From: an uncultured Mycoplasmatota bacterium
GTDB taxonomy: Bacteria > Bacillota_I > Bacilli_A > RF39 > UBA660
NCBI GenBank assembly: GCA_946414095.1
Contig: CAMKNB010000003.1
Coordinates: 2,161 to 66,160, forward strand
Length of the DNA stretch: 64,000 nt
Reading direction: 5' to 3'
The notes under the pieces are model-generated. The model was not told where the DNA came from and searched no databases. It saw only the letters and a program-made list of their open reading frames with translations. Within the stretch, counting starts at the first letter, position 1. Each line of letters begins with the position of its first letter. A program made the position numbers and the translations under genes. Below, piece after piece: positions 44,379-55,811 of the stretch.

Positions 44379-45161
44379 ATGAAAGGAATCTTAGGACGTA
44401 AAGTTGGAATGACTGAAGTGTTCACAACTGACGGAAAATTAATACCTGTTACTGTTATTGAAGTAGAACCTAATGTTGTTACTCAAATTAAGACAGTTGA
44501 AAAAGATGGGTATGAAGCTATTCAATTAGGTGCTTTTGATAAAAAAGAAAAGTCATCTAATAAACCTGAAAAAGGACATGCTAAAAAAGCAAATACATCA
44601 CCTAAGCGCTTCTTAAAAGAAATAAGAGGAGTTGATACTACATCTTATACTCTTGGACAAGTTATTGAAGCTGATGTATTTAAAAGTGGAGACACAGTAG
44701 ATGTAACTGGTACATCTAAGGGTAAAGGTTTCCAAGGTGTAATTAAGAGATGGAATCAATCTCGTGGACCTGAAACTCATGGTTCAACATATCATAGACG
44801 TGTTGGATCATTAGGTACAATGAGACCAATGAGAGTTTTAAAGGGTAAAAAATTACCAGGACATATGGGTAATGAACAAATCACTATTCAAAATTTAATG
44901 ATAGTTGATGTTGATACTGAAAACAAATATATATTAGTTAGTGGAAATGTTCCAGGAGCTAAAAATTCATTTGTATTCATTAAAGAAGCTATTAAAGGTA
45001 GCAAATATTCAGAAGGTGTTGAATTAATTTCATATGATGATGTTGAAGTAGTAGAGGAAACTCCAGCAAATGAAGTCGTTAACAATGAAGCTGTTGTAGA
45101 AGAAACTACTAATGAAACAGAAAAGCCTGAAGAAACTACTAGCGAGGAGGTATCTGAATAA
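44379..45161 (+). CDS. rplC: 50S ribosomal protein L3 (with ~50-aa acidic C-terminal tail)
   Basis: [12 protein letters not shown]..., [18 protein letters not shown]. The tail is [17 protein letters not shown]...[10 protein letters not shown]. Confidence 0.95.
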   Translation: MKGILGRKVGMTEVFTTDGKLIPVTVIEVEPNVVTQIKTVEKDGYEAIQLGAFDKKEKSSNKPEKGHAKKANTSPKRFLKEIRGVDTTSYTLGQVIEADVFKSGDTVDVTGTSKGKGFQGVIKRWNQSRGPETHGSTYHRRVGSLGTMRPMRVLKGKKLPGHMGNEQITIQNLMIVDVDTENKYILVSGNVPGAKNSFVFIKEAIKGSKYSEGVELISYDDVEVVEETPANEVVNNEAVVEETTNETEKPEETTSEEVSE

Positions 45162-45784
45162 TGGCAAAAACTCAAGTTTTAAACCAAAAAGGTGAAAAAG
45201 TTAAAGATTTAACTCTTAAAGACAGCGTTTGGAATGTTGAAGTAAATGAAGCTGTTATGCATGATGCAATTGTACTTGCTCAAGCATCTTTAAGACAAGG
45301 AACTGCTAGCACTAAAACTAGAAGTGAAGTTAGTGGTGGTGGACGTAAACCATATAAACAAAAAGGTACAGGTAATGCAAGACAAGGATCTACTAGAAGC
45401 CCACAATGGCCAGGTGGTGGAATTGTTTTTGGACCAAAGCCAAGAAATTATGATAAAAAACAAAATAAGAAAGAAAGAAGATTAGCATTAAAGAGTGCTT
45501 TAACTTCTAAATTTAAAGATAAAGAATTAGTTGTAGTTGAAAGTTTAAATATGGAAACTAACAAAACTAAGAATTTTAATGAAATGTTAAAAAATCTTAA
45601 AATTGAAGGTAAAGCTTTAGTTGTTTATTCTGAAGATAATGAAAATTTATTCTTAGCTTCAAGAAATAATCAAAATGTTGCTGTATTAAGCTTTGACGAA
45701 ATTAATGTTTTAGATTTAGTAGCAACTAATTACTTATTAATAGATGAATCTTCTGTTAAGAAAATTGAGGAGGTGCTTAACTAA
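45161..45784 (+). CDS. rplD: 50S ribosomal protein L4
   Basis: SGGGRKPYKQKGTGNARQGSTRSPQWPGGG. Confidence 0.95.
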   Translation: MAKTQVLNQKGEKVKDLTLKDSVWNVEVNEAVMHDAIVLAQASLRQGTASTKTRSEVSGGGRKPYKQKGTGNARQGSTRSPQWPGGGIVFGPKPRNYDKKQNKKERRLALKSALTSKFKDKELVVVESLNMETNKTKNFNEMLKNLKIEGKALVVYSEDNENLFLASRNNQNVAVLSFDEINVLDLVATNYLLIDESSVKKIEEVLN

Positions 45785-46047
45785 TGAATATAATTTTAGC
45801 ACCAGTTATTACTGAAAAAAGTGAAACTTTAAAAGCACAAAACGTATATGTATTTAAAGTTAATAAGAAAGCTAATAAGACTCAAATCAAAAATGAAATT
45901 GAAAAGAGATTTGGAGTTAAAGTTTTAAATGTTAATACATTAAATGCTATACAAAAGAAGAGAAGAGTAGGAAGATATACAGGACTTAGCACTGCTTATA
46001 AGAAAGCATATGTTAAACTTGCTGAAGGCTCTTCTATAGAATACTAG
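45784..46047 (+). CDS. rplW: 50S ribosomal protein L23
   Basis: APVITEKS...[26 protein letters not shown]...KKAYV. Confidence 0.9.
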   Translation: MNIILAPVITEKSETLKAQNVYVFKVNKKANKTQIKNEIEKRFGVKVLNVNTLNAIQKKRRVGRYTGLSTAYKKAYVKLAEGSSIEY

Positions 46048-46057
46048 GAGGGAAAAT

Positions 46058-46888
46058 ATGCCAATTAAGAATTTTAAGCCTAATACTCCTGGAACAAGAG
46101 GAATGAGTACTTTAATTAATGAAGAAATTACTTCTAGTACTCCTGAAAAAAGTCTTCTTGTTAAAAAAAGTAAAACAGGCGGAAGAAACAATCAAGGAAA
46201 AATAACTGTTCGTCATATTGGTGGTGGCGTTAGACGTAAATATCGTTTAATAGATTTCAAAAGAAATAAAGACGGTGTTGAAGGAAGAGTTGCTACTATT
46301 GAATATGATCCAAACAGAAGTGCTAATATAGCATTAGTAAATTATGCTGATGGAGAAAAAAGATATATAATTGCTCCATTAAACTTAAAAGTTGGAGATA
46401 AAATTGAAAGTGGAGTAAATGCTGACATTAAAGTTGGTAATTCATTACCACTTGAAAATATTCCTGTTGGTACAACTGTTCATAATGTTGAACTAGCACC
46501 AGGTGCTGGAGCAAAGCTTGCTAGAAGTGCTGGAAGCAGTGTTCAAATTTTAGGTAAAGAAGAAAAATATGTAATCATCAGATTAAAGAGTGGTGAAACA
46601 AGAAAAGTTCTTGGAACTTGCCGTGCAACTGTTGGTGAAGTTGGAAATACTGATTATGAACTAGTTAACTTAGGTAAAGCAGGAAGAAAAAGACATATGG
46701 GAATTAGACCTACAGTTCGTGGATCTGTTATGAACCCTAATGATCACCCACATGGTGGTGGTGAAGGTAGAGCTCCAGTTGGACGTGCTCAACCAATGAC
46801 TCCTTGGGGTAAACCAGCTCTAGGACTTAAGACTAGAAAAACTAAAAAAGCATCTGAGAAATTAATCATGACTAGACGTAAGAAATAA
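46058..46888 (+). CDS. rplB: 50S ribosomal protein L2
   Basis: [31 protein letters not shown]. Confidence 0.95.
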   Translation: MPIKNFKPNTPGTRGMSTLINEEITSSTPEKSLLVKKSKTGGRNNQGKITVRHIGGGVRRKYRLIDFKRNKDGVEGRVATIEYDPNRSANIALVNYADGEKRYIIAPLNLKVGDKIESGVNADIKVGNSLPLENIPVGTTVHNVELAPGAGAKLARSAGSSVQILGKEEKYVIIRLKSGETRKVLGTCRATVGEVGNTDYELVNLGKAGRKRHMGIRPTVRGSVMNPNDHPHGGGEGRAPVGRAQPMTPWGKPALGLKTRKTKKASEKLIMTRRKK

Positions 46889-46907
46889 TTAAGAAAGGAA
46901 CCGTAAA

Positions 46908-47177
46908 ATGTCAAGAAGTTTAAAAAAAGGACCTTATACATTTCCTAGACTTTTAAAAAGAGTTAGAGAATTAAATGAAAAAGGTAAAAAAGAAGTTATA
47001 AAAACTTGGTCAAGACGTTCTACTATTTTCCCAGAATTTGTTGGGCATACATTTGCTGTTCATAATGGACGTGAATTTATTCCTGTATATGTTACTGAGG
47101 ATATGGTTGGACACAAACTTGGAGAGTTTGCTTTAACTCGTAAGTTTAATGGCCATGCTGGAAGCGGTAAGAAATAG
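46908..47177 (+). CDS. rpsS: 30S ribosomal protein S19
   Basis: SRSLKKGPY..., [23 protein letters not shown]. Confidence 0.95.
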   Translation: MSRSLKKGPYTFPRLLKRVRELNEKGKKEVIKTWSRRSTIFPEFVGHTFAVHNGREFIPVYVTEDMVGHKLGEFALTRKFNGHAGSGKK

Positions 47178-47188
47178 GAGGATAAGAC

Positions 47189-47539
47189 ATGGAAACATAT
47201 AGTATACATAAAGGTGCACAAATAGCACCATTAAAAGCAAGAATGACTCTTGATCTTATCAGAGGTAAAAAAGTATCTCAAGCTGAAGCAATTCTACTTA
47301 CTACTAATACTAAAGCAAGTAGATTAATCATTAAAGTTTTAAATTCTGCAGTTAGTAATGCAGTTAACAATTTTGGAGCTAATAAAGAAGATTTAGTTAT
47401 TAAAGAAACTTACATTAGTGAAGGAAGAACTTTAAAGAGAAGAAAAGCTGCATCTCACTCAAGAGTTGCTAAAAATTATCATAGAACAAGCCATATTTAT
47501 GTATGTGTTACAGATAATATGGAAAAGAAGGAGGACTAA
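47189..47539 (+). CDS. rplV: 50S ribosomal protein L22
   Basis: [25 protein letters not shown]..., plus its position in the operon. Confidence 0.9.
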   Translation: METYSIHKGAQIAPLKARMTLDLIRGKKVSQAEAILLTTNTKASRLIIKVLNSAVSNAVNNFGANKEDLVIKETYISEGRTLKRRKAASHSRVAKNYHRTSHIYVCVTDNMEKKED

Positions 47540-47541
47540 AC

Positions 47542-48219
47542 ATGGGACAAAAGGTAAGTCCAGTCGGACTTAGAGTTGGTATTAACAGAGACTGGGAAAG
47601 TAAATGGTATGCACCAACTAAAGATTTTGCTAAATATTTAAATACTGATTTAAAGATTAGAAAATATTTAGATAAAGAATTAAAGGGATGTTCAGTTGCT
47701 TCTATCTTAATTGAAAGAAATAACAAGAGAACTAATGTTACAATCAATACATCTAAACCTGGTATCATTATTGGTAAAGGTGGAGCTGATATTGAAAAAC
47801 ATAAAAAAGCTCTTCAAAAATTAACAGGAGAAGAAATCTATTTATCAATAGTTGAAGTTAAGAATCCAGATTTAAATGCTGTATTAGTAGCTGAGAATAT
47901 AGCACTTCAAATTCAAAATAGAGCATCTTTTAGAGCTGTACAAAAAAGAGCTATTAGAAATACAATGAAAGCAGGAGCTGTTGGTATTAAAGTTGCTGTA
48001 TCTGGACGTTTAGCAGGAGCTGAAATGGCTCGTACTGAAGGATATACTGAAGGAACTGTACCACTTCATACTTTAAGAGCTGATATTGATTATGCTCATA
48101 AAGAAGCTGATACAATCTATGGTAAGATTGGTGTTAAGGTATGGATTTATAAAGGTGAAATACTTCCTGCTAAGAATACAAAGGGAGGTAATGAAGATGT
48201 TAATTCCAAAAAGAACTAA
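47542..48219 (+). CDS. rpsC: 30S ribosomal protein S3
   Basis: [24 protein letters not shown]..., with a KH domain (GIIIGKGG). Confidence 0.95.
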   Translation: MGQKVSPVGLRVGINRDWESKWYAPTKDFAKYLNTDLKIRKYLDKELKGCSVASILIERNNKRTNVTINTSKPGIIIGKGGADIEKHKKALQKLTGEEIYLSIVEVKNPDLNAVLVAENIALQIQNRASFRAVQKRAIRNTMKAGAVGIKVAVSGRLAGAEMARTEGYTEGTVPLHTLRADIDYAHKEADTIYGKIGVKVWIYKGEILPAKNTKGGNEDVNSKKN

Positions 48220-48619
48220 ATATAGAAAACCTCATAGAGTAAGTTACGAAGGTAAGGCTAAAGGTAATACTGTATTAACTCAAGGTGAATACGGACTTAT
48301 GGCTAAAGAAGGAGCATACATTACAGCAAGACAAATCGAAGCAGCTAGAATTGCTATGACTCGTTATATGAAAACTTTCAAAAGAGGAAAAGTATTCATT
48401 AATATTTTCCCACATTTAGCAAGAACTAAAAAACCTGCTGAAGTACGTATGGGTAGTGGAAAAGGTAATGTTGAAGAATGGGCAGCTGTAGTTAAAGAAG
48501 GTAAAATCATGTTTGAAATGACTGATGTTACTGAAGATATTGCTAGAGAAGCATTTCGTTTAGCAGGACACAAACTACCAATTAAAACAAAATTTGTTGC
48601 AAAGGAAGTGGCTAAATAA
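48197..48619 (+). CDS. rplP: 50S ribosomal protein L16
   Basis: The canonical start [14 protein letters not shown] at the ATG at 48197 follows an AAGGGAGG SD. The track ORF from 48086 is an upstream extension that overlaps rpsC. Confidence 0.95.
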   Translation: MLIPKRTKYRKPHRVSYEGKAKGNTVLTQGEYGLMAKEGAYITARQIEAARIAMTRYMKTFKRGKVFINIFPHLARTKKPAEVRMGSGKGNVEEWAAVVKEGKIMFEMTDVTEDIAREAFRLAGHKLPIKTKFVAKEVAK

Positions 48620-48828
48620 TGAAAATGGCAGATATAAGAAAATTAACCACTGAAGATTTAAATAAAAGACTTGAAGAAAATAAAAAAGAATTATTTAATT
48701 TAAAATTCTCAGCTTCAACTGGAAATTTAGAAAAACCTCATAGAATTAAAGAATTAAGACATGAAGTTGCTAAAATAAAAACAGTTATTAGAGAAAGAGA
48801 ATTAAGTGAAGTTAAGGAGGCTAACTAA
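48619..48828 (+). CDS. rpmC: 50S ribosomal protein L29
   Basis: [25 protein letters not shown], plus its position. Confidence 0.9.
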   Translation: MKMADIRKLTTEDLNKRLEENKKELFNLKFSASTGNLEKPHRIKELRHEVAKIKTVIRERELSEVKEAN

Positions 48829-49085
48829 TGGAAAAAGCAAAACAAGAATTAGTTGGAAAAGTTGTTAGTACAGCTTGTAATAAAACAATTACTATTGAAG
48901 TTGTAACTTATAAAAAGCATCCACTTTACAAGAAAAATGTAAAAACTACTAAAAAGTATGCAGTACATGATGAAGAGAATAAAGCTAAAGTAGGAGATAT
49001 AGTAAAAGTAGTATCTTCTCGTCCTCTATCAAAAACTAAAAGATATGTTTTAGATAGTATTGTTGAGGAAGCTGTTATTCTTTAA
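48828..49085 (+). CDS. rpsQ: 30S ribosomal protein S17
   Basis: [16 protein letters not shown]...HPLYKK...[13 protein letters not shown]. Confidence 0.9.
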   Translation: MEKAKQELVGKVVSTACNKTITIEVVTYKKHPLYKKNVKTTKKYAVHDEENKAKVGDIVKVVSSRPLSKTKRYVLDSIVEEAVIL

Positions 49086-49103
49086 TTAAGAAAGGAGAGA
49101 GTT

Positions 49104-49472
49104 ATGATACAACCAGAAAGCCGTTTAAAGGTAGCTGACAATTCAGGCGCTCGTGAAATCTTAGTAATCAGAGTACTTGGTGGAAGCAAAGTTAAAAGCG
49201 GAAATATAGGAGATGTTGTTGTTGGTACAGTTAAAAAAGCTATTCCAAATTCAAACACTCCAAAAGGAAAAGTAGTTAAAGCTGTTATTGTAAGAACAGT
49301 TCAAGGAGTATCAAGAGCAGATGGAAGTCATATTAAATTTGATGACAATGCTTGCGTACTTATAAAAGATGATAATAGTCCTGTTGGAACTCGTGTTCTA
49401 GGACCTGTAGCTAGAGAACTTCGTGATAAGAACTATATGAAAATTGTTTCACTAGCTCCAGAAGTATTATAG
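49104..49472 (+). CDS. rplN: 50S ribosomal protein L14
   Basis: [19 protein letters not shown]... Confidence 0.95.
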   Translation: MIQPESRLKVADNSGAREILVIRVLGGSKVKSGNIGDVVVGTVKKAIPNSNTPKGKVVKAVIVRTVQGVSRADGSHIKFDDNACVLIKDDNSPVGTRVLGPVARELRDKNYMKIVSLAPEVL

Positions 49473-49481
49473 GAGGATAAC

Positions 49482-49814
49482 ATGAAGATAAAAGTTGGAG
49501 ATAATGTACGTGTTATTACTGGAAGCAATAAAGGAAAAGAAGGAAAAGTTCTTAAGGTTTTAAGAAGTGAAAACAAAGTTGTAGTAGATGGCGTTAATAT
49601 TGTTAAAAAACATTTAAAACCAAATCGTACTAATGAAACTGGTGGAATTCTTGAAATTGAAGCACCTATCCACATTTCTAATGTAAAAGTTGCTACTAAG
49701 GAAGCAAAAAAAGAAGAAAAGAAAGCTGAAAAAGCTGCTAAAAAAGAGACTAAAAAGGAAGTAAAAGAAACTAAAAAAACTTCTAAGAAAAAAGAAGAAA
49801 AAGAAAGTAAGTAG
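49482..49814 (+). CDS. rplX: 50S ribosomal protein L24 (Lys/Glu-rich C-terminal region)
   Basis: [23 protein letters not shown]...EAPIHISNV, followed by a K/E low-complexity tail. Confidence 0.9.
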   Translation: MKIKVGDNVRVITGSNKGKEGKVLKVLRSENKVVVDGVNIVKKHLKPNRTNETGGILEIEAPIHISNVKVATKEAKKEEKKAEKAAKKETKKEVKETKKTSKKKEEKESK

Positions 49815-49821
49815 GTGAATT

Positions 49822-50361
49822 ATGGAAACATTAAAGAAATTATATGAAGAAGAAATAGTTCCAAATTTAACTAAAAAGTTTAACTACACTACTAAAATGC
49901 AAGTACCTAGATTAGAAAAAATAGTTCTAAACATGGGTGTAGGTGATGCTACTATAGATCAAAAGTATTTAGATGCTGCTGTTAAAGATTTAGAAGCATT
50001 ATCTGGACAAAAGCCAGTTATTACAACTGCTAAAAAGTCAATTGCAGGTTTCAAACTTAGAGAAGGAAATAAAATTGGTTGTAAGGTTACTTTAAGAGGA
50101 GATAATATGTATAACTTCTTAAATAAATTAATTACAATCGCACTTCCAAGAGTTAGAGATTTTAGAGGAATATCTAAAAATAGTTTTGATGGAAGAGGTA
50201 ATTATACTCTTGGTATCAAAGAGCAATTAGTATTTCCTGAAGTAGAATATGATCAAGTTGTTAAAGTAAGAGGATTAGATATCGTTATGGTTACAACTGC
50301 TAACACTAATGAAGAAGCACTTGCTTTATTAACTGAATTTGGGTTACCTTTTAGAAAGTAG
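49822..50361 (+). CDS. rplE: 50S ribosomal protein L5
   Basis: [13 protein letters not shown]..., [27 protein letters not shown]. Confidence 0.95.
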   Translation: METLKKLYEEEIVPNLTKKFNYTTKMQVPRLEKIVLNMGVGDATIDQKYLDAAVKDLEALSGQKPVITTAKKSIAGFKLREGNKIGCKVTLRGDNMYNFLNKLITIALPRVRDFRGISKNSFDGRGNYTLGIKEQLVFPEVEYDQVVKVRGLDIVMVTTANTNEEALALLTEFGLPFRK

Positions 50362-50375
50362 GAAAGGAAATATTT

Positions 50376-50561
50376 ATGGCAAAGAAAAGTAAATTAATAT
50401 CACAACAAAGAGGAAGTAAATTCTCTACTAGAAATTATACTAGATGTACTAGATGTGGTCGTCCACATGGTGTACTTAGCAAATTCGGTTTATGCCGTAT
50501 ATGTTTTAGAGAACTTGCTTATAAAGGACAAATACCAGGCGTTAAAAAATCAAGCTGGTAA
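50376..50561 (+). CDS. rpsN: 30S ribosomal protein S14, type Z (zinc-binding)
   Basis: 61 aa with CTRCGRPHG...CRICFRE (two CxxC motifs). Confidence 0.95.
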   Translation: MAKKSKLISQQRGSKFSTRNYTRCTRCGRPHGVLSKFGLCRICFRELAYKGQIPGVKKSSW

Positions 50562-50632
50562 TAAATTAAAAAATAATAAATTTTATAAACCAATAATTAA
50601 CCAATGAGTGTTAATAAGAAGGGAGGCCTATA

Positions 50633-51028
50633 ATGGTTAATGACACTATAGCAGATATGCTTACAAGAATTCGTAATGCTAATGCTATGAAGTATAAAAC
50701 TGTTGAAATACCAGGTACTAAAATGACTAGAGGTATTGCTGATATTTTAACTAAAGAAGGATTTATAGATGGTTATGACACTAACAAATTAGCTGTTGGT
50801 GAAATGATAGTTTTAAATCTTAAATATTCAAAATCTAAAGAAAGAGTAATCACTGGCTTAAAAAGAATCAGTAAACCAGGATTACGTGTGTATGCTAAAG
50901 CTGATGAAATGCCAAGAGTTCTAAATGGACTAGGAATTGCTATTATATCAACTTCAGAAGGTCTTATGACTGATAAGGAAGCTAGAGCAAAGAAAATTGG
51001 TGGAGAAGTTTTAGCTTATATATGGTAG
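50633..51028 (+). CDS. rpsH: 30S ribosomal protein S8
   Basis: [13 protein letters not shown]..., GGEVLAYIW. Confidence 0.95.
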   Translation: MVNDTIADMLTRIRNANAMKYKTVEIPGTKMTRGIADILTKEGFIDGYDTNKLAVGEMIVLNLKYSKSKERVITGLKRISKPGLRVYAKADEMPRVLNGLGIAIISTSEGLMTDKEARAKKIGGEVLAYIW

Positions 51029-51035
51029 GTGTGTT

Positions 51036-51581
51036 ATGAGTAGAATCGGAAATAGAGTATTAACTATTCCAGCTGGAGTAGAAGTAAATGTTGAAGGAAA
51101 CAAAATAACAACTAAAGGACCAAAAGGAACACTAGAATTTAATTTTAGAAATGAAAGTGTTGATGTTAAGGTTGAAGGAAATGAAGTACATGTAACTCGT
51201 AAGAATGATCTTAAAACTTCTAAACAATTACATGGAACTACTAATTCAACTATTAACAATATGTTAATTGGTGTAAGTGAAGGATTTAAAAGAGAATTAG
51301 AAATCAATGGTGTAGGATATAGATTCCAAGTTCAAGGAAATAAATTAATTATTTCTGCTGGATATTCTCACAATGTTGAACTAGTTGCTCCAGAGGGTAT
51401 TAAATTAGAAATGCCTGACAAATCACAAACTGAATTAATAGTTAGCGGATATGATAAACAAGCTGTTAGTGAATTTGCTGCTAATATTAGAAAAGTAAGA
51501 AAACCTGAACCATATAAAGGAAAAGGTATTAAGTTTAAAGAAGAACATATCCGTCGTAAAGAAGGAAAGAAAGCTGCATAG
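51036..51581 (+). CDS. rplF: 50S ribosomal protein L6
   Basis: MSRIGNRVLTIPAGVEV..., EPYKGKGIKF. Confidence 0.95.
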   Translation: MSRIGNRVLTIPAGVEVNVEGNKITTKGPKGTLEFNFRNESVDVKVEGNEVHVTRKNDLKTSKQLHGTTNSTINNMLIGVSEGFKRELEINGVGYRFQVQGNKLIISAGYSHNVELVAPEGIKLEMPDKSQTELIVSGYDKQAVSEFAANIRKVRKPEPYKGKGIKFKEEHIRRKEGKKAA

Positions 51582-51591
51582 GAGGTAAATT

Positions 51592-51945
51592 ATGATAAGA
51601 AAAGAATCAAAAAATGATATGAGATTAAGAAGACATAAGAAAATCAGAAGAACTTTATCTGGTACTGAAACAACTCCTAGACTAAGCGTATTTAGAAGTA
51701 ATGCTGCAATTTCAGCACAATTAATTGATGATGTTAAAGGTGTTACATTAGCAAGTTCATCTTCTAAAGAACTAAAATTAAAAAATAATAATCTTGAAGC
51801 TGCTAGTGCAGTAGGAAAAGATATAGCTGAAAAAGCTAAAAAAGCTAAAATCAAAACAGTTGTTTTTGATCGTAGTGGTTATCTATATCATGGACGTGTT
51901 AAAGCATTAGCTGAAGCTGCTCGTGAAAATGGACTAGAATTCTAG
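51592..51945 (+). CDS. rplR: 50S ribosomal protein L18
   Basis: [27 protein letters not shown]..., [26 protein letters not shown]. Confidence 0.95.
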   Translation: MIRKESKNDMRLRRHKKIRRTLSGTETTPRLSVFRSNAAISAQLIDDVKGVTLASSSSKELKLKNNNLEAASAVGKDIAEKAKKAKIKTVVFDRSGYLYHGRVKALAEAARENGLEF

Positions 51946-51955
51946 GGAGGAAATT

Positions 51956-52471
51956 ATGAACGAAAATAGAAAAAATACTCGTGAACCTAAGAAACTATAC
52001 GAAGATAAAATTATATCTATCGGAAAAGTTACTAAGGTTACACAAGGTGGACGTAATTTTAGATTTTCAGCTACTGTTGCTGTAGGAGATAGAAAAGGTA
52101 ATGTAGGAATTGGTACAGGTAAGAGTAAAGAAATTCCAGTTGCTGTAAGTAAGGCAATAAAGGAAGCTGAGAAAAATATTATTCACGTAAATTTAGTTGA
52201 TGATAGAACAATCTCACATCAAGTTACTGGTGTGTGTGGAGCTGCTAAAGTATTAATTAGACCTGCTAAAGCTGGTCGTGGAATTATTGCTGGTGGTGCT
52301 TCAAGAATCGTTCTAGAACTTGCCGGTGTTAAAGATGTTGTTGCTAAATCTTTAGGAAGCAATACTCAAATTAATACTGCTAAAGCAACAATCGAAGCTC
52401 TTTGCAATCAAAGAACTATTGAACACGTTGCACAGTTACGTGGAAAAACAGTTGAGGAGGTTCTAAACTAA
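51956..52471 (+). CDS. rpsE: 30S ribosomal protein S5
   Basis: [35 protein letters not shown]. Confidence 0.95.
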   Translation: MNENRKNTREPKKLYEDKIISIGKVTKVTQGGRNFRFSATVAVGDRKGNVGIGTGKSKEIPVAVSKAIKEAEKNIIHVNLVDDRTISHQVTGVCGAAKVLIRPAKAGRGIIAGGASRIVLELAGVKDVVAKSLGSNTQINTAKATIEALCNQRTIEHVAQLRGKTVEEVLN

Positions 52472-52914
52472 TGAAATTACATGAATTAAACGCAGTTGAT
52501 GGATCAACTCATAGAAGAAAAGTTGTTGGACGTGGACCAGGTAGTGGACATGGAAAAACATCTGGACGTGGTGAAAAAGGACAAAAAGCTAGAAGTGGTG
52601 GAGGAGTACATATTTGGTTTGAAGGTGGACAAACTCCATTATATAAGAGACTTCCAAGAAGAGGTTTCTCAAATGCTAGATTTACTACAAAATATGCTAT
52701 TATTAATGTTTCAGATTTAAATAGATTTAAAGATGGAGATACTGTTACTCCAGAAACATTAAAAGAAGTAGGTCTTGTTAAAAAAGAATTAAATGGAATT
52801 AAAGTTTTAGGAAATGGTAAATTAGAAAAGAAATTAACTGTTAAAGCTAATGTATTTACTAATAGTGCTATTACTAAGATTGAGGAATTGGGTGGAACTA
52901 CGGAGGTGATTTAA
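52471..52914 (+). CDS. rplO: 50S ribosomal protein L15
   Basis: MKLHEL...[24 protein letters not shown]. The start overlaps the rpsE stop (TAATG). Confidence 0.95.
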   Translation: MKLHELNAVDGSTHRRKVVGRGPGSGHGKTSGRGEKGQKARSGGGVHIWFEGGQTPLYKRLPRRGFSNARFTTKYAIINVSDLNRFKDGDTVTPETLKEVGLVKKELNGIKVLGNGKLEKKLTVKANVFTNSAITKIEELGGTTEVI

Positions 52915-52915
52915 G

Positions 52916-54172
52916 ATGTTTGCTACATTTAAGCAAATATTTAGATCTTCTAACAAAGATTTAAGAATAAGAATTTTATTTACATTAGGAGTATTATTCA
53001 TCTTTGCTTTAGGTAATGCCATTACTATTCCTGGTATGAATGTTATAAATGGTGATATTGGATTTTTAGAATTATTTAATGCAATGAGTGGTGGAGGACT
53101 TAAACAATTTTCTATTTTTGCATTAGGTGTTATGCCATATATCACAGCATCTATAATTGTTCAAATATTACAAATGGATATCATTCCATACTTTACAGAA
53201 CTTAAAGAAATGGGTGAAGAAGGCAGACGTAAGATTGCAAAAATTAACAGATATGCTGGTTTAGCAATTGCATTTGTTCAAGGTTTCTTTTATCCAATGA
53301 TGTTCTTAGGAAAAGATGCACTTACTACTGCAGGATATTTTAGAGTAGCTCTAATATTAACAGCAGGTACAGCATTCTTGCTTTGGTTAGGTGATCAAAT
53401 TACTGAAAAAGGAATTGGAAATGGTGTTTCATTATTAATTATGGCAGGTATTGTTAACACTTTACCTAATATGTTTGTTAGTGCATTTACTTCATTAGTA
53501 CCTGATGCTAGTAATGCATTAATAGGATGGTTAAGTTTCGCAGCATTTGTACTTTTATACTTGGCAATTATTGTTGGAGTTATATTTGTACAAGAGGCTG
53601 AAAGAAGAATACCAATTCAATATTCAAATAGAAGTGCTGGAAGTTATGGTGGACAACAAACTTTCTTACCACTTCGTTTAAACTCAGCTGGAGTTATGCC
53701 AGTAATCATAGCAAGTGTTATAATGGGTATTCCATCAATACTTACTTACTTTATTAAGAATGCTAAAGCTCTTGCATTTATTAATGGATATTTAAGTACT
53801 AATAGTACAGTTGGATTTATAATCTATATATTATTAATAATTGCATTTACTTATATTTATACATTCTTAACAATTAACCCAGAAGAGTTAAGTAAAAATT
53901 TAAATAAGAATGGTGGTTACATTCCTGGTATTAGACCTGGAAGTGAAACTAAAAAATATATTTCACAAGTTTTAGGAAGAATAACATTTTTAGGAGCTAT
54001 ATTCATTGCAATAATAGCTGCATTACCAACTTTATTTACAAGTTTGACAGGACTTTCTAATACTATTAAATTAGGAGGTACTTCAATATTAATTGCTGTT
54101 GGAGTTGTTCTTGAAACCTATAAACAACTTGAAAGTTCAGTAGCATCAAGAAATTATAATAATAGGAGATAA
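52916..54172 (+). CDS. secY: Preprotein translocase subunit SecY
   Basis: 418 aa with ten TM segments. FALGVMPYITASIIVQIL, GDQITEKGIGNGVSLLI, plus its position. Confidence 0.95.
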   Translation: MFATFKQIFRSSNKDLRIRILFTLGVLFIFALGNAITIPGMNVINGDIGFLELFNAMSGGGLKQFSIFALGVMPYITASIIVQILQMDIIPYFTELKEMGEEGRRKIAKINRYAGLAIAFVQGFFYPMMFLGKDALTTAGYFRVALILTAGTAFLLWLGDQITEKGIGNGVSLLIMAGIVNTLPNMFVSAFTSLVPDASNALIGWLSFAAFVLLYLAIIVGVIFVQEAERRIPIQYSNRSAGSYGGQQTFLPLRLNSAGVMPVIIASVIMGIPSILTYFIKNAKALAFINGYLSTNSTVGFIIYILLIIAFTYIYTFLTINPEELSKNLNKNGGYIPGIRPGSETKKYISQVLGRITFLGAIFIAIIAALPTLFTSLTGLSNTIKLGGTSILIAVGVVLETYKQLESSVASRNYNNRR

Positions 54173-54174
54173 TT

Positions 54175-54831
54175 ATGAATTTAATTTTAATTGCACCACC
54201 AGCTGCTGGAAAAGGTACAATGGCTAGTCGTCTTCGTGATGAATTTGGTCTAGTATGTATAAGCGCAGGTGAACTTTTAAGGGGAGTTGATCCAAATACA
54301 GATTTGGGTAAACAAATAAGAGATATACAATCTAGAAGAGAACTTGTTAGTGATGATATAACTAATGCATTAATGAAAGAAAGACTTATGAAGGATGACA
54401 TTAAAAACGGATTTGTTCTTGATGGATATCCAAGACATATGCCACAAGTAGATGCTGTTAATAAAATGTGTGAAGAATTAAATCTTCATATTGATTATGC
54501 AGTATTACTAAATGTTAGTTATGACTTAGCACTTAAAAGAACTCTTGGAAGACAAATATGTTCAGTATGTAAGGAAACTCACAATGTCTTAACTGGTGTT
54601 AATGCACCTAAAGTAGAAGGCAAATGTAATAAATGTGGGGGAGACTTAACTACTAGAAATGATGATAATGAGGAAACATTTAAAGCTGGGTTTGCTGCAT
54701 ATGAAAAGAATTGTGCTCCAGTAATTGAGTACTATCGTAATAAAGGTATGTTAGTTGAATTAGATGCTTCTAAAGATCCTGATTATACATTTAATCAATT
54801 TAAAGAATTAATAGGAAGTAAAAATGATTAG
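54175..54831 (+). CDS. adk: Adenylate kinase (zinc-lid type)
   Basis: P-loop APPAAGKGT, GFVLDGYPR, and lid CSVCKETHN...CNKCGGDLTTRNDD. Confidence 0.9.
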   Translation: MNLILIAPPAAGKGTMASRLRDEFGLVCISAGELLRGVDPNTDLGKQIRDIQSRRELVSDDITNALMKERLMKDDIKNGFVLDGYPRHMPQVDAVNKMCEELNLHIDYAVLLNVSYDLALKRTLGRQICSVCKETHNVLTGVNAPKVEGKCNKCGGDLTTRNDDNEETFKAGFAAYEKNCAPVIEYYRNKGMLVELDASKDPDYTFNQFKELIGSKND

Positions 54832-55573
54832 TATTAAGAGTGAGCAAGAAATTAAGTATATGAGGGTTGCAGGTAAAATAGCTTATGATTTATTAATGAG
54901 TCTTAAGGATATTATTAAGCCTGGAATTACTACAAAGGAAATAGATAAATATGCATATGACTTTATTACAAGTCGTGATGCTACACCAGCATTTCTTGAT
55001 TATGAAGGATACCCTGCTTCAACTTGTATCAGTATTAATGATATGGTTGTTCATGGTATCCCGGATGATACTAAAATTAAAGAAGGAGATATAGTTTCAG
55101 TTGATACTGGCGCTATATACAAGGGATATTACTCAGATACAGCTTATACTTACATAGTGGGTAAAGTTGATATGAAAACTGAGAAGTTAGTTAGAGATAC
55201 TAGAAAAGCTTTATATGATGGTATTTCTAAAGTTAAAGCAGGTGCTAAACTAAATGATGTTTGTAAAGCAATTGGAGAGGTTGCTAGAAGAAACGGTTAT
55301 GGAGTTTTTGAAGTGTTAACTGGTCATGGAGTTGGTAAAACTCTTCATGAAGATCCATACATCCCTAACTATAATAATCATGAGAGTGAGGGAATTATAT
55401 TGCGTGAAGGAATGACTTTAGCGATAGAACCAATGTTTAGTTTAGGAACTAAAGAAGTGTGGCTTCTTCCAGATGACTGGGGAATTATAACTAGAGACGG
55501 AAGTAATGCAGCACACTTCGAACATACAGTACTTGTAACCCACGATGGTTATGAGATATTAACAGGAGAGTGA
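54824..55573 (+). CDS. map: Type I methionine aminopeptidase
   Basis: VVHGIP, VDTGAIYKGYYSD, GHGVGKTLHE, LAIEPM and FEHTVLVT metal-ligand blocks. Confidence 0.95.
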   Translation: MISIKSEQEIKYMRVAGKIAYDLLMSLKDIIKPGITTKEIDKYAYDFITSRDATPAFLDYEGYPASTCISINDMVVHGIPDDTKIKEGDIVSVDTGAIYKGYYSDTAYTYIVGKVDMKTEKLVRDTRKALYDGISKVKAGAKLNDVCKAIGEVARRNGYGVFEVLTGHGVGKTLHEDPYIPNYNNHESEGIILREGMTLAIEPMFSLGTKEVWLLPDDWGIITRDGSNAAHFEHTVLVTHDGYEILTGE

Positions 55574-55576
55574 AAA

Positions 55577-55798
55577 ATGGCCAAGGAAAAAGACGGTTAT
55601 ATTGAGCTTGAAGGAAAGGTACTTGAAGTAATACCTGGAGGAGACTTTAAGGTACAACTTGATAATGGGCACATAGTAATAGCTCGTGTTTCTGGAAAAA
55701 TGCGCTTGAACATGATTCGTATTTATCCAGGTGATACAGTGCTTATGGAAGTACCAATATGTGATTTAACACACGGGCGTATAATTTATAGAAAGTAA
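55577..55798 (+). CDS. infA: Translation initiation factor IF-1
   Basis: [42 protein letters not shown]...RIIYR. Confidence 0.95.
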   Translation: MAKEKDGYIELEGKVLEVIPGGDFKVQLDNGHIVIARVSGKMRLNMIRIYPGDTVLMEVPICDLTHGRIIYRK

Positions 55799-55811
55799 TG
55801 GAGGGATTAAA

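Noticed and set aside
54175-54831. The adenylate kinase P-loop reads APPAAGKGT instead of GPPGAGKGT.
   Set aside because: It still fits the general Walker A pattern (A/G)xxxxGK(S/T), and all other Adk motifs are intact. This is probably ordinary lineage divergence.
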